From Chiloscyllium plagiosum (taxonomy: Eukaryota), in contig NC_057756.1 of the NCBI RefSeq assembly GCF_004010195.1, forward strand, positions 5,073,852 through 5,137,851: a DNA stretch of 64,000 bases, in the 5' to 3' direction. This document shows positions 26,953 through 40,100 of the stretch, one piece after another. The number at the start of each line of letters is the position of its first letter. Within the stretch, counting starts at the first letter, position 1. The notes beneath the pieces were generated by a model, which was given only the letters and a program-made list of their open reading frames with translations, had not been told where the DNA came from and did not search any database. Made by a program: the position numbers and the translations under genes.

Positions 26953-27545
26953 GGCCGAGAGACCAACACGTCAGGCCGAGAGACCGCCATGGGCTCCCGA
27001 GAGACCAACACGTCAGGCCGAGAGACCGCCGTGGGCTTCCGAGAGACCAACACGTCAGGCCGAGAGACCGCCGTGGGCTGCCGAGAGACCAACACACCAG
27101 GCCGAGAGACTGCCATGGGCTCCTGAGAGACCAACATATCAGGCCGAGAGACCGCCGTGGGCTGCCGAGAGACCAACACGCTGGGCCGATAGACCGTCAT
27201 GTACTGCCGAGAGACCAACACGTCAGGCTGAGAGACCATCGTGGGCTACCAAGAGACTAACATGCCAGGCCAATAGACCGCTGAGGGCTGCCAAAAGACT
27301 AACACGTCAGGCTGAGAGACCGCCATGGGCTCCCGAGAGACCAACACGTCAGGCCGAGAGACTGCCATGGGCTCCCGAGAGACCAACACATCAGGCCGAG
27401 AGACTGCCATGGGCTCCCGAGAGACCAACACATCAGGCCGAGAGACTACCATGGGCTCCCGAGAGACCAACACGTCACGCCGAGAGACTGCCATGGGCTG
27501 CCTAACACACCGGGCCACTGAGAGAGCACCATGGGCTGCCGAGAG
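26953..27545. repeat. 42-bp GC/CpG-rich tandem repeat (two 21-bp halves), about 13 copies
   Basis: Unit GAGAGACCAACACGTCAGGCCGAGAGACCGCCATGGGCTCCC. Confidence 0.95.
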
Positions 27546-27899
27546 TCCAACATGCTGGGTCACTGAGAAACCACCACTCCAGGCCAGGAGACTGCATGCT
27601 GGGTCACTAAGAGACAGCCATGTCAAGACGGGTGACTGCCCTACAGGATCGAGTGTGCAGGGATATAGGGAAAAGGCAGGCTACTGGCCTTCGATAAAGA
27701 TCTGGAGTCGATAATAGAGGCACGAAGGAATTAATGGGCTCCTTCTGCCCCTCAATAAATCTGCAATATGCTTAACATATTCAAAGCAACTCAGGCATTT
27801 AAGGAATACAAAAGTGACTATGATAGACATGCCCTGTTATATTGCTTTGGTAATTATTGAATGCTTTGTTTAATATAATGATCTGCTGTATTTTGACAG

Positions 27900-28172
27900 A
27901 ACCTGTTTCTAAGCCCTCTATGTCATCCAATAACACCAACCCAGTAGAACATGACACAGTGGTTCTGACGTGCCATGCTTCAGGGACAGCAGTTTCATAT
28001 CGGTGGCTAAAAGATAATGAAACTATTGAGGCCAGTGACAGGTTTGGTCTGAGTAGTGATAACAGCACCTTGACCGTGTTCGGAGTCTTGAGATCTGATG
28101 AAGAGTTCATATGTTACGGTTACAACATGATTAATGAAAACGCAAGTGATCCTTATCTACTTAATATTAACT
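27900..28172 (+). CDS. Exon 5, IgC-type A2 domain
   Basis: Acceptor ttttgacag, donor T|GTAAGT; EPVSKP...PVEHDTVVLTC...YRWLKD...DNSTLT...FICYGYN. Confidence 0.93.
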
Positions 28173-29814
28173 GTAAGTGCCACAATAAAATGCATGAGTT
28201 AGTCATTGGCAAGTCCTCGACTTTACCCTGCATTGTTTTTTCTAGCACGATACTGTGGGCTGATGGAAATAACAACAGGTTCTGCTGGCCCAGTTCACTT
28301 TCTGCATTGACTCGCATAACCAAAACTATTTCTGAATAATCCTTCCCAACTATTTGGTACAAATAGACCCATGAACTAAAATTGCTTTCCATCAGTCTGC
28401 TGAATATCAGTGAGTTGCCTTCCCTCAGTACGATTGCATGTTCATTGAGTAGTTACGTAAACAGGCTGCAGTTCTGTGCTTCTTATGGTCACCGCCCTAT
28501 TGAAGGGCCGAACAGCCTACTCCTATTCCTAGTCCATATGGTCTTAATTCAAATTGTCATGAGTGGAATCTGAAACTGCCAAGTTAATTAAAGCACCCAG
28601 TTTCAGGAACCTGTGCTTCGTTGTCCAGTAAAACAGACTAAATGATCGTTTCATCTTGATATACTTCTGAGAGTGGTTTAATATTTCAAATCAGGTGAGC
28701 GCACGTCCATAAATTACTTCCTGAGTGAAATTGATGAGAAAGGTCATATGCATTAACTGACGAGTTGTTTATAAAGAGTAGCTGACCCTTCCAGTTTGAA
28801 CGTTATGCCGTTTTAAAATCACGCAACCCTCCTGAATTATTTGACCACAGGCCAAGGGTTTGCATTCAGCAGAAATGCCATGAAAGATCATAACAGGAGT
28901 GGGAGTAGGCCATTCGTGCCATCAAAGCTGCTCCACCATTCAATATGACCAGGGCTGACCTGGTTGTGAGAAAACAGAGCATTGGAATAGAATGTAATTC
29001 AATTGGCTTGAAAGACTTGGATCCGGAACAAGAATATTTGTTGGTTGCATCGCTGTCTTTGAACCAGGGAGTTCACGTCCCACCTGATAAAGTCTCTGAA
29101 CAAATAATGCCCAAGAAGATAGATATAGGACAGATGTTAGAGGTAGTGTCTTTGCTCAGAGAATAGTAGAGGTCTGGAATGCACTGCCTGCAACAGTAGT
29201 AGACTTGCCAACTTTAAGGGCAATTAAGTGGTCATTGGATAGACATATGGACAAGAATGGATTAGTGTAGGCCTTTGGATTGGTTTCACATGGCGGCGCA
29301 ACATTGAGGGCTGAAGGGCCTGTACTGCGCTGTAATGTTCTAAGGGAAGTGGGTGGGTCTGTGAAGGTGAATTCTCAACCACTGATGGGTGTTGGACAGT
29401 TTCTTGCGTGACAAACGAGCTAATTGATTCAGATTGATCACGGCCAAAGATTGTGTGGCCTTTGGGGGTAAGAGATGGCCCGTGACAGAAGAAAGTGCCA
29501 GAGAGCAACAAGGAACTGCTGGGATATTCCAGCAGCAAGTCTACCTGCACATGTCCTCCCGAAAACCCAAGTCCGTCAGCAGCCCGCTCCCGCATATAAT
29601 GGCGGGGAATAACTTGGTTCGGGCACTGCCAATGAGACAAAGGGGCCACAAAGATGGTCCTACACTACCCTCCTCACCACCAAATCCACAACCTTTTCCC
29701 ACCATGTGTAGCCTTCCCACCACGAGGTGACAGAATGAGGTGCTTAGCCAACTGTTTAGCCCCTTGAACTCCTCAGCTGGCTCCAGGGCAGATGAGCCAC
29801 CCAACAGGGTCGAA

Positions 29815-30357
29815 TGTGTGGAGTTGTACATTCTCCCTGTGTCTGCGTGGGTAAGCTCCAAAGATGTGCAGGTTAGGGTGGATCGACCATGCTAAATTGT
29901 CCCATAGTGCCCAGGGATGTGCAGGTTAGGGTGGATTGGCCATGCTAAATTGTCCCATCGTGCCCAGGGGTGTCCAGGTTAGGGTGGATTGGCCATGCTA
30001 AATTGTCCCATAGTGCCCAGGGATGTGCAGGTTAGCATGGCCAATTCACCTTAATCTGCACATCCCTGGACACTATGGGACAATTTAGCATGGCCAATCC
30101 ACCCTAACCTGTACATCCCTGGGCACTATGGGGCAATTTGGCATGGCCAATCCTCCCTAACCTGTACATCCCTGAACACTGTGGGGCAATTTAGCATGGC
30201 CAATCCACCTAACCCGCACTTCTTTGGACTGTGGGAGCTTACCCACACAGACACAGGGAGAATGTGCAATTCCACACCGACAATTGCCCGAGGCTGGAAT
30301 TGAACCCAGGTCCCTAGCGCTGTGAGGCAGCAATACTAATCACTGAGCCATTATGCC
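29815..30357. mobile_element. Inverted pair of HE1-like SINE segments
   Basis: + strand core with 53-bp units up to about 30033, then the reverse complement including the tRNA head ending near 30357. Confidence 0.85.
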
Positions 30358-31041
30358 AATAAATCACTAGGGAATACCAGAGGGCATAAGCTTAAGGTAA
30401 AAGGGGAAAGATTTAAAAGGGACCTGAGGGGCAACTGTTTCACTCGGAGGGTGGTGCGTGTGTGGAATGAGCTGCCAGAGGAAGTAGTGGAGGCTGGTAC
30501 AATGACAGCAATTAAAAGGCATATGGATGGATACATGAATAGGAAGGTTTTGGAGGGATATGGGCCAAATGGGACGAGATTAGGTTAGGATATCTGGTTG
30601 GCATGGATGAGTTGGACCAAAGGGTCTGTTTCCATGCTGCACGTCTCTATGACTGTAAGTGAGTCACACCCGTCACATGCAAAGCTGAAGAGGAATTGAA
30701 GTGAGTTCCTCAGTGTGAATCCCCGAATGATTTACAAGGGGCGTAAGGATTTGGAAAATGTGACCAACCGAAGCCAAAATGAGTCAAGAGGCAGTTCAAG
30801 CATGTTGTTGCTCTGTGATATTTGCAAAAACAAGTTAAACTATGCGCCACATTTGCTGAATGTAGTTTGCTTCCATACCTATTTCTTTCACCTCAGTATG
30901 GATATGAATAGCAGTAGTGTCTAGAATTAGTTGTGGCAGAGTCTCCACTAGGATTTAAAGCTGTAGTGCTGGGCTGCATGCATGCCTTACATTTGCCACT
31001 GCCTACATGATATGTCGCAACCGACTGTGTGTTTATTTTAG

Positions 31042-31293
31042 ATGGACCAGAATCCATTAATGTATCCGTCGATCCACAACCTCACTTGCACACCTTGGGC
31101 TTGAGTGTAAACACTTCCTGTTCTCTCGATTCAAATCTCACTTCCGAGTACCATAATACTACTCAGTATTATGAAGAGCAGCTAAACCTTGATGATATGT
31201 CCTTAAATGACACTAGTAACTGCAGCTGCGAGACTTTAAACAATGCAACAGAGCAAAATAGCATGACAACAACAGAAATGGTGGTCTTGGTAG
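31042..31293 (+). CDS. Exon 6, degenerate or remodelled B2 domain
   Basis: Acceptor ttattttag, donor G|GTACGT, open frame; aligns to B1/B3 (YGPES..., both Cys) but is 12 nt shorter and lacks the core Trp. Inclusion in the mRNA is unproven. Confidence 0.72.
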
Positions 31294-31734
31294 GTACGTA
31301 ATGCATCTAGAGAAAGGAGAAGTGCTTTTTTTTTAATTGCCTAATTATGTTGGAGTGGATAATCTGTTTTTGCTGACTGTTATATCTCAGTATCTCTATT
31401 TTCCAGCAGAAAAGACTGCCAATCTGACAAAACCATTAAAAAAACACATAGAAATTGTGCATGCAATTGTTCTGTTTAATCGTGTTATGTTTCAGAATCG
31501 TAATTTGTGGTATTATGTAGTTCGAAGGAACATGCGGCAGGCAATGGTAATGCTAATGGACATAGAAATTGCGATCATTGTTTAATTAAAATGTCTGAGA
31601 ATGACGTGTACAGCAGGATATGTAAAACAAAAAGTAACCAGACTTGGCTGAATGATTAACACCAACTATTGTTAAACACGATCAGCAGAAAAAGTCATCG
31701 GTCTTTTGTTGTTGAAACAAAATCACGGGTCCAT

Positions 31735-32216
31735 TTGCATTTAGAATGGAAATGAAATAGTAGCATTCGCCTTTCAGTACAAGCTTATTGTTTTGCTTCA
31801 ACATTACTCTTGCAAACATCCCCATTGCAAACATTTTCATTTTGATTATGTATCGGTATGCTGGCATGGAGCATGTAACATTGCTTTATACATAACCTTA
31901 ACCCATGTCTGAGTGCTGAAGTGAATGACTTTCCCTGTAAGGTTCCTCATTGATCACTAACTTACTGGCTTTCAGTTGCATTTAGAATGGAAATGAAATA
32001 GTAGCATTCGCCTTTCAGTACAAGCTTATTGTTTTGCTTCAACATTACTCTTGCAAACATCCCCATTGCAAACATTTTCATTTTGATCATGTGTCGGTAT
32101 GCTGGCATGGAGCATGTAACATTGCTTTATACATAACCTTAACCCATGTCTAAGTGCTGAAGTGAATGACTTTCCCTGTAAGGTTCCTCATTGATCACTT
32201 ACTTACTGGCTTTCAG
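31735..32216. repeat. 241-bp direct tandem duplication (2 copies)
   Basis: 31735-31975 and 31976-32216 match except for a few substitutions. Confidence 0.95.
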
Positions 32217-32298
32217 GTGGAAGTGCTTGAGCCTACTCTGCTGATTTATATAATTGATTTAGATTAAAAGGTGATCGCGGTTCGGGCTCCTGCTGTTT

Positions 32299-32378
32299 GG
32301 CGGCACGATGGCTCAGTGGTTAGCACTGCTGCCTCACAGCACCAGGGATCTGTGTTCGATTCCACCCTGGGGTGACTG

Positions 32379-32417
<39 letters not shown>

Positions 32418-32652
32418 AGTTTGTGCATTCTCCTCATGGCTGCGGGGGTTTCCTTTAGGTGCTCCGGTTTCCTCCCGCAATCCAAAGATGTGCAGGTTCG
32501 GTGCCCTTGGTGTTAGGGATGTCTCAGTTAGGTGCATTAGTCAGGGTTCAAAAGCAGGTAGAGGGAATGGGTCTGGTTGGGTTACTCTTTGGAGGGTCAG
32601 TGTGGACTTGTTGGGCTAAAGGGCCTATTTCCACACTGTAGGGATTCTATGA
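32299..32652 (+). mobile_element. HE1-like SINE with internal (TG)n microsatellite
   Basis: Head GGCGGCACGATGGCTCAGTGGTTAGCAC; (TG)n at about 32377-32416. Confidence 0.85.
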
Positions 32653-33578
32653 TAATCATCTGCACTATCAAGGACCTTATTTACCTCAAAAAAGGTCACC
32701 TCATTCTGACAAACTTCAATGGATACAGGCCTAACTTTCTTATAAAGTAACGCCCCACTCATAGACCCCATTTCGGGTACTGGGTTGAGAGTTAAGAATC
32801 CGATTGGCTAACATGGCGGCCAGAATGGTTCAGAGGCTGAGGTGAAAGGTCGCAGATGGAGGCCCCACACTAACAGTGGAACGCTGGGTCACTAGATGGA
32901 AATCGCCGTACTCAACCGGACAACAAACTTCCCGGAGCTGTAACTGTGGGACCACCCAGTGCCATTATTTTTGTCTTTCTGAACAAAAGCGCAGAGTGCC
33001 CTCCCATTGCAATCGGCAACATTGCCCCAAGAGAGGGGACATAAAAAAATTTTCTAAGACAGTTTATCGAATTGAAACCAGGCACCAATTGGTGGTCATG
33101 ACAAATCAGGTCTGCTGTAGAGCCTGTTTCTTCAACGCGAATTGGCTCTGAGGCGATTGAAAAACTTAGGCCGTTATTCTGTGGAAAGCAAACTTTCTTT
33201 ACCTGTCATGGCTACAACGCGTTTGCGGCCACACCCGTTTAAACGGGGCGGCTATGGCCCAACTCCCCTATAACACGAGACCGGCACTATCGCGTTAGAT
33301 CAGGACCGACCGTATTTTCAAAAGCAGCTCAGATGTGAAACGCTTTCTGAAAACCATCAGGGCCTGTTATAAGTTGCAAGCATGCTCACTTTGCCATGAA
33401 GAGGAGAAAATGGTGGCGTGACACCGGGAATGACGCAGCGAGACGAGTGAGTCGCGAAGTGAGACAAGTCACGAGTCAACACGGGGGTTTCCTTCTTTGG
33501 GGTGCTGTTGGAAGTTGGCAGGCCGCAGACTGCCCCAGTGGGCAACACAGAAAGGTGTCGGGCAGGATTATACTGCCG

Positions 33579-33790
33579 TCGAGAGCGCGGCGCTGGAAAA
33601 GCGCAGCAGGTCAGGCAGCACCCGAGGAGCAGGAGAATCGACGTTTCGGGCAAAAGCCCTTCAGGATTCCTGACGAAGGGCTCTTGCCCGAAACGTCGAC
33701 TCTCCTGCTACTCGGATGCTGTCTGGCCTGCTGTGCTTTTCCAGCATCGCGCTCTCGAATCTCCAGCATCTGTAGTCCTCACTTTTGTCT
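33579..33790. mobile_element. Fold-back pair of Penelope-type terminal repeats, family B
   Basis: About 85-bp arms mirrored around 33665 (GCTGGAAAAGCGCAGCAGG...TCGACGTTTCGGGC / GCCCGAAACGTCGA...TGCTTTTCCAGC). Confidence 0.78.
33664..33703 (+). ncRNA. Minimal hammerhead ribozyme motif (family B), intact core, in intron 6
   Basis: GGATTC-CTGACGA-A-GGGC-tctt-GCCC-GAA-ACGT-C-GACTCT: perfect stem II, ACGT palindrome, GUC cleavage triplet. Confidence 0.75.
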
Positions 33791-35029
33791 CGGGTTACAC
33801 TGCAGGCTGTTACAGAGTGAGCTGAGCGGAGAGCTGAGGCTGATAGTGCCACCAAGACCCATGGCAATTGCACCAGCGTTTACTAAACCATTTTCAGCAG
33901 TCAGTTCACCACTACTTTCACATTGCCCCTGAGGGACCTTGCATGACTTACACTACAATTCCATTTAACAGCCTAACCTCTTGCTTTTGATTTCCTACAG
34001 TGTTTTTTGTTCTTTAATAGCAAAAGGTCCCATCACATTTTCCATTACGCTTCCTTTCATCGGCTTCCCTTTAATTTATTAATTAAACTATCGTCATGAG
34101 TTATTAACTGGACTCACTGTATAAATACAGTGGCTGCAAGAGCAGGTCAGAGGCTGGGAATCCTGCAGTGGGTAACTCACCTCCAGACCCCTGAAAGCCT
34201 GTCCCACCATCTACAGGGCACAACTCAGGAGTGTGATGGAATACTCCCCACTTGCCCTTGGACGGCTGTAGCTGTAACAACACTCAAGAAGCTCGACACC
34301 ATCCAGGACAAAGCAACCCCCCACCCCCCACCCCCACCCCGACCCCAGCTTGATTGGCACCACATCCACTCCCTCCCACAACGACGCTCAGTAGCAGCAG
34401 GGTGTACCATCTACAAGATGCACTGCAGAAATTCACCAAAGATCCTCAGGCAGCACCTTCCAAACCCACCACCACTTCCATCTAGAAGGATGAGGGCAGC
34501 AGATACATGGGAACACCGCCCTCTGCCAGTCCCCTCCAAACCAGTCACTATCCTGACTTGGGAATGTTTCACAATCCCTTCCATATTATTGTGCCAAAAT
34601 CTTGGAACGCCACCCCCCCCCCCCCCAACCAATGGGTCTACTTACACCAAGGGAACTGTGGAGGGATATGAAGATAGCTCACTACCACTTTCTCAAGGGG
34701 CAGTTAGGGATGACCAGTAAATGCTGGGCCCAGCCAGCGATGCTCCACATCTCACGAGTTAATAAAAGATGAAAGTGCATGAAATTTGCATGTGTCAACT
34801 AAGGAATTGTAGCAATTGGACGAATTCCTGAACCGCAGCTTAGAATGAAATGTGACTCAATGAACCTCCTTATTTTGAGAGTGGGTGAAGCAACAAATTG
34901 ACACTGTCGAAATCTCATACGTCTTCGCAGATGGAACTTGCACCGTTAATTTTTTTTTTTCTTTTTACAATGATGTCTGACACTCCTGTTTATTTTTTTT
35001 TCCCCCAGCAGCCATGGTGTGTGTGGACA

Positions 35030-35770
35030 GGTGTGAGACACAGTGAAAGACACAAGGTGCATGAATCTTTATTCCAATTCCCACCACCAGGAAGAAAGGA
35101 AACACTCGAGTGGCCAGTGACAAGCAGTGCCCTTCACATCAAAGGGCAATGCTGTGTGATCAAACAGTGAAGGGGAGGGCAGGGATTAAATCAAAATAGA
35201 GTTGGAGGGGAAAATAATGCGCTCCACTCCCTGCGGCGCCCACCTCTCCCTGAACAACTCCAGGGTGTTGGTGGAGACCGCGTGCTCCTTCTCCAGAGAC
35301 ACCCAGGCCTTAACGTAACCGCGGAAGAGGGGCAGGCAGTCGGCCCTAACGACCCCCTCCACGGCCCGCTGCCTGGACCTGTTGATGGCCAGTTTGGCCA
35401 GGCCCAGGAGCAGACCCACGAGGAGGTCTTCAGACCTGCCTTCCCCCTTCCGTACCGGGTGCCTGAAGATCAGGAGCGTGGGACTGAAGTGCAACCAAAA
35501 GCAGAGGAGGAAGTTTTTAAGAAAATCAAAAAGGGAGTGCAAACGCCCACACCCAATATATTCATGTGGTCCACGGACTCCACAGCTGCACAGAACAAGC
35601 AGTTGGGCTGGGAGCCTGTGAACCACCGCAATCTGCGGTTGCAGGGGACTGCTGCGTGCAGCACCCTCCGCCCCAGATGCCCGAGAGAAAGGGGGAAACT
35701 TGCACCGTTTAAAGTGTTGCAGGGAATTATTTTCCCTCAGGACCCACAGGTTTTAAGCAAGATTCAGCGA
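35030..35770 (-). mobile_element. L1/Tx1-clade LINE 3' fragment (ORF2 C-terminal Cys/His region)
   Basis: Minus-strand LHAAVPCNRRL...NCLFCAAVESVDH then LLLGLAKLAINRSRQ...FRERW, joined by a frameshift. Confidence 0.75.
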
Positions 35771-35842
35771 ATTCCAAATCTGGCCCTCAATCCACGGCCT
35801 TAATTTCTCGAGTGCATTAACTACTCTCCTATGTTTTGACAG

Positions 35843-36118
35843 AACCTGTGTCCAAGCCTAAGGTTACTGCTAATGCTACAAACCCAGTAGAATTCAATGA
35901 CACCGTGGCTCTGACTTGCATCGCATCAGGTACAGCAGTTTCATATCAATGGCTTGAGGAAAATAGCACTATTACTCCCAATGACAGGATTGCCCTAAGC
36001 GATGATAACAGCAGCCTCACTATATCTGGAGTGTTACGGTCCGATGGAGGATTCACATGCTATGCATTCAACACCATTAACGGGATGACAAGTGACCCGT
36101 ACCATCTAAATGTTAGCT
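35843..36118 (+). CDS. Exon 7, IgC-type A3 domain
   Basis: Acceptor ttttgacag, donor T|GTAAGT; EPVSKPKV...PVEFNDTVALTC...YQW...DGGFTCYAFN...SDPYHLNVS. Confidence 0.93.
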
Positions 36119-37132
36119 GTAAGTGTCCCAACACAACATTATTTTTATTATTTTATCACCACTCCTGCTGAATTTGTGACAGGGGAAAGAGACTTGATCT
36201 TTTGCACATCATGTTTGCTCATTAAAACATGTGTGCAAATAACTGACTGCTCTCAAGATCATTGGCTTCACATTCATTTGTATTTTCAAAGAAGTGTCCC
36301 TGAAATATTTTGACTGTTTGGAAACAGGACTGGTTATAAAAATGTTACTGTTTAGTGGTGGTGGTGTAGATCAGCGTGTGTTGCCTACATATCTATTAGT
36401 TAACAAAACCATCTTATCCATATTTTCAATCTTTACTCTGCCAGTTACAATACTCAGTTCTCTCAGAACAGCCACATATTGATATTGTCAGGTAGAATTA
36501 GAGTTCTGGGATTGCAGTGGAATAAATGTTTTAGATGCAACTCCCCGCACAATTTAAAAAACGAAATTCAGATTGATTTGGGAGTCAAAATTCATAATTG
36601 AGCAAATGGAATAATTTTGTTGAGATGTTATCTCAAAAGAATTCAGTTCATTGCATTAATGTTGCAAGGGATGCCCAGTGAGATTTTGTGGATCAGACAC
36701 ATTAAGAAACAGCTGCAAGATATCCCAGTTGCAGCTCACAACAGGAAACAGATTTTTTTTGCCATTCCTGACCCTCGTAAACATTACACTCAATTATGGT
36801 CACTGCAAGCTGGACACTTTGGCAATTTTGTAATATTCCATTGTTAACAGAGACAAGGGCAAAGGTTTGTTCAAGGCACCTCAAACCACCAGGAACCACT
36901 GCATCGCTGAAAGTACAGAGAAGAGACTTTTACTGACTCAATGCATAATCATTCCATCCCTAGCTTTGCTGAGAGAACAGTGCTGTGGCCACAGTAGATT
37001 TTTTTCTAAAAAATACCTTTCAAACATCTTACACCATTCTCATAATGCCAGTAGATTACAGTGCGGTCAGTTAACACTCAGGACTGACATTATGTCTCAC
37101 CAGTGCAACCTGAAGCAAGACATCAGAGCCTC

Positions 37133-40100
37133 ATTACTACATACCCAAGAACTGGCAGTGAACCCCCCCATTACACACTGGGTAAAGTAATATTGATCCC
37201 ACCATTACACACTGGGTAAGCTGGCATTGATTCACCAATATACACTGGCATTGAAACCTGCCATTACACACTGGGTAAACGAGCATCGATCCTGAAATTC
37301 CTGATGAAGGCTTTTTGCCCAAAACATCGATTTTCCTGCTCCTCGGATGCTGCCTGCCCTGCTGTGCTTTTCCAACACCGCTCTAATCGAGACTCTGGTC
37401 TCCAGCATCTGCAGTCCTCACTTTTGCCTAACATTGACCCTGCCATTTCACACTGGGTAAGCTGGCATTGACCACACATTTACACACTGGGTAAACTGGC
37501 ACTGACCCCATCATTACACATTGGGTAAACTGGCATTGATTCACCAATATACACTGGCAATGAAACCTGCCATTACACACTGGGTAAACTTGCACTGACC
37601 CCACATTTGCACACTGGGTAAACTGGCATTGACTACGCCATTACACAGTGAGGAAACTAACATTGACCCCACCATTACACACTGGGTAAACTGGCATTGA
37701 CTACGCCATTACACAGTGAGGAAACTAACATTGACCCCACCATTACACACTGGGTAAACTGGCATTGACCCTACCATGACACATTTGGTAAACGGACATT
37801 AACCCCACCATTACACACTGGGTAAACTAACACTGACCTCACCATTACACACTGGGTAAACTGGCATTGACTTCACCATTACACACTGGGTAAACTGACA
37901 TTGACCCCACCATTACACACTGGGTAAACTGACATTGACCCCACCATTACACACTGGGTAAACTTGCATTGACTACGCCATTACACACTGGGTAAACTTG
38001 CATTGACTACGCCATTACACACTGGGTAAACTAACATTGACCCCACCATTACACACTGGGTAAACTGACATTGACCCCACTATTACACACTGGGTAAACT
38101 GACATTGACCCCACCATTACACACTGGGTAAACCTGCATTGACTACGCCATTACACACTGGGTAAACTAACATTGAAACCCGCCATTACACACTGGGGAA
38201 AATATTGACCCCAAAATTACATACTGGGCAATCTGGCATTAACTCCACCATTACACACTCGGTAAACCAACATTGACCCCATCATTAATCCCTGGGTAAA
38301 CTGGCATTGAACCCACTATTACACACTGGGTAAATTGGCATTGACCCCACCATTACACAACTGGGTAAACTAACATTGACCCCACCATTAATCACTGGAT
38401 AAACTGGCATTGACCCCAACATTACACAATGGGGAAACTGGCATTGGCCCCTCCATTACACACAGGCTAAACAAACATTGACCCCACCATTACACACTGG
38501 GTAAACTGGCATTGACCCTACCATTACACACTGGGTAAATTGGCATTGACCCCACATTACACACTGGGTAAACTGGCACTGACCCCGCCATTACACACTG
38601 GGTAAACTAACATTGACTCCTCTATTACACACTGGATAAAATGGCATTGACCCCACCATTACACACGAGGTAAATTGGCATTGACCCTACCATTGTACAC
38701 TGGGGAAATTGGCATTGACCCCAGCATTACACAGGGTAAACTAGCATTGACCCCACCATTACACATTGGGTAAAGTGGCATTGACCCCACCATTACACAC
38801 TGGATAAACTGTTATTGAACCCACCATTACACACTGGGTAAACTAACATTGACCCCTCTATTACACACTGGGTAAAGTGGCATTGACCCCACCATTACAC
38901 ACTGGGGAACTAGCATTGACCCCACCATTACACACTGGGTAAACTAACGTTGACCCTGCCATTACACACTGGGTAAACAAACATTGACCCCACCATTACG
39001 CACTGGGTAAATTGGCATTAACCCCACCATTACATACTGGGTAAACTGGCATTAACCCCAACATTACACACTGAGTGAACTGGCATTGACCACACCATTA
39101 CACACTGGGTAAACTAACGTTGACCCTGCCATTACACACTGGGTAAACTGGAATTGATTCACCATTATACGCTGGCATTGAATCCCACAATTACACATGG
39201 ATAAGTTAGCTATTACGCCACCATTACACACGGGGCAAAATAACATTGACCCCACCATTACACACTGGGTAAACTAACATTGATCCCAACATTACACACT
39301 GGGTAAACTAACAGTGACCCCAATATTAATCACTGGGTAAACTGGCATTGACCCCACCATTACGCACTGGGTTAACTGGCATTGACCCCACCATTACACA
39401 CTGGCTAAACTAACATTGACCCCAATATTAATCACTGGGTAAACTGGCATTGACCCCACCATTACACACTGGGTAAACTGGCATTGACCCCACCATTACA
39501 CACTGGGTTAACTATCATTGGACCCACCATTACACACTGGGTAAATTGCCATTGACCCCACCATTACACACTGAGTAAACTAACATTGACCCCACCATTA
39601 ATCACTGGGCAAACTGGCATTGACCCCACCATTACACACTGGTTAAACAGGCATTGACCCCTCCATTACACACTGGCTAAACAAACATTGACCCCACCAT
39701 TACATACTAGGTAAACTAACACTGACACCACCATTACACACTGGGTAAACTAACACTGACCTCACCATTACACACTGGGTAAATTGGCATTGACACTACC
39801 ATTACACACTAGGTAAATTGGCATTGACCCCACCATTACATACTGGGTAAACTAACATTGACCCCTCTATTACACGGTGGTAAAGTGGCATTGACCCCAC
39901 CATTACACACTGGGGAAACTAGCATTGACCCCACCATTGCACACTGGGTAAACCAACATTGACCCCACCATTACACACTGGGTAAACTAGCATTGACCCC
40001 ACCATTTCACACTTTGTAAACCAGCCTTGACCCCGCCATTACACACTGGGTAAACTGGCATTGACCACACCATTACACACTGGGTAAACTGGCATTGGCC

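Noticed and set aside
26936..27505. 189-aa ORF (AERP repeats) as a gene
   Set aside because: A product of the 42-bp repeat, with no supporting gene structure.
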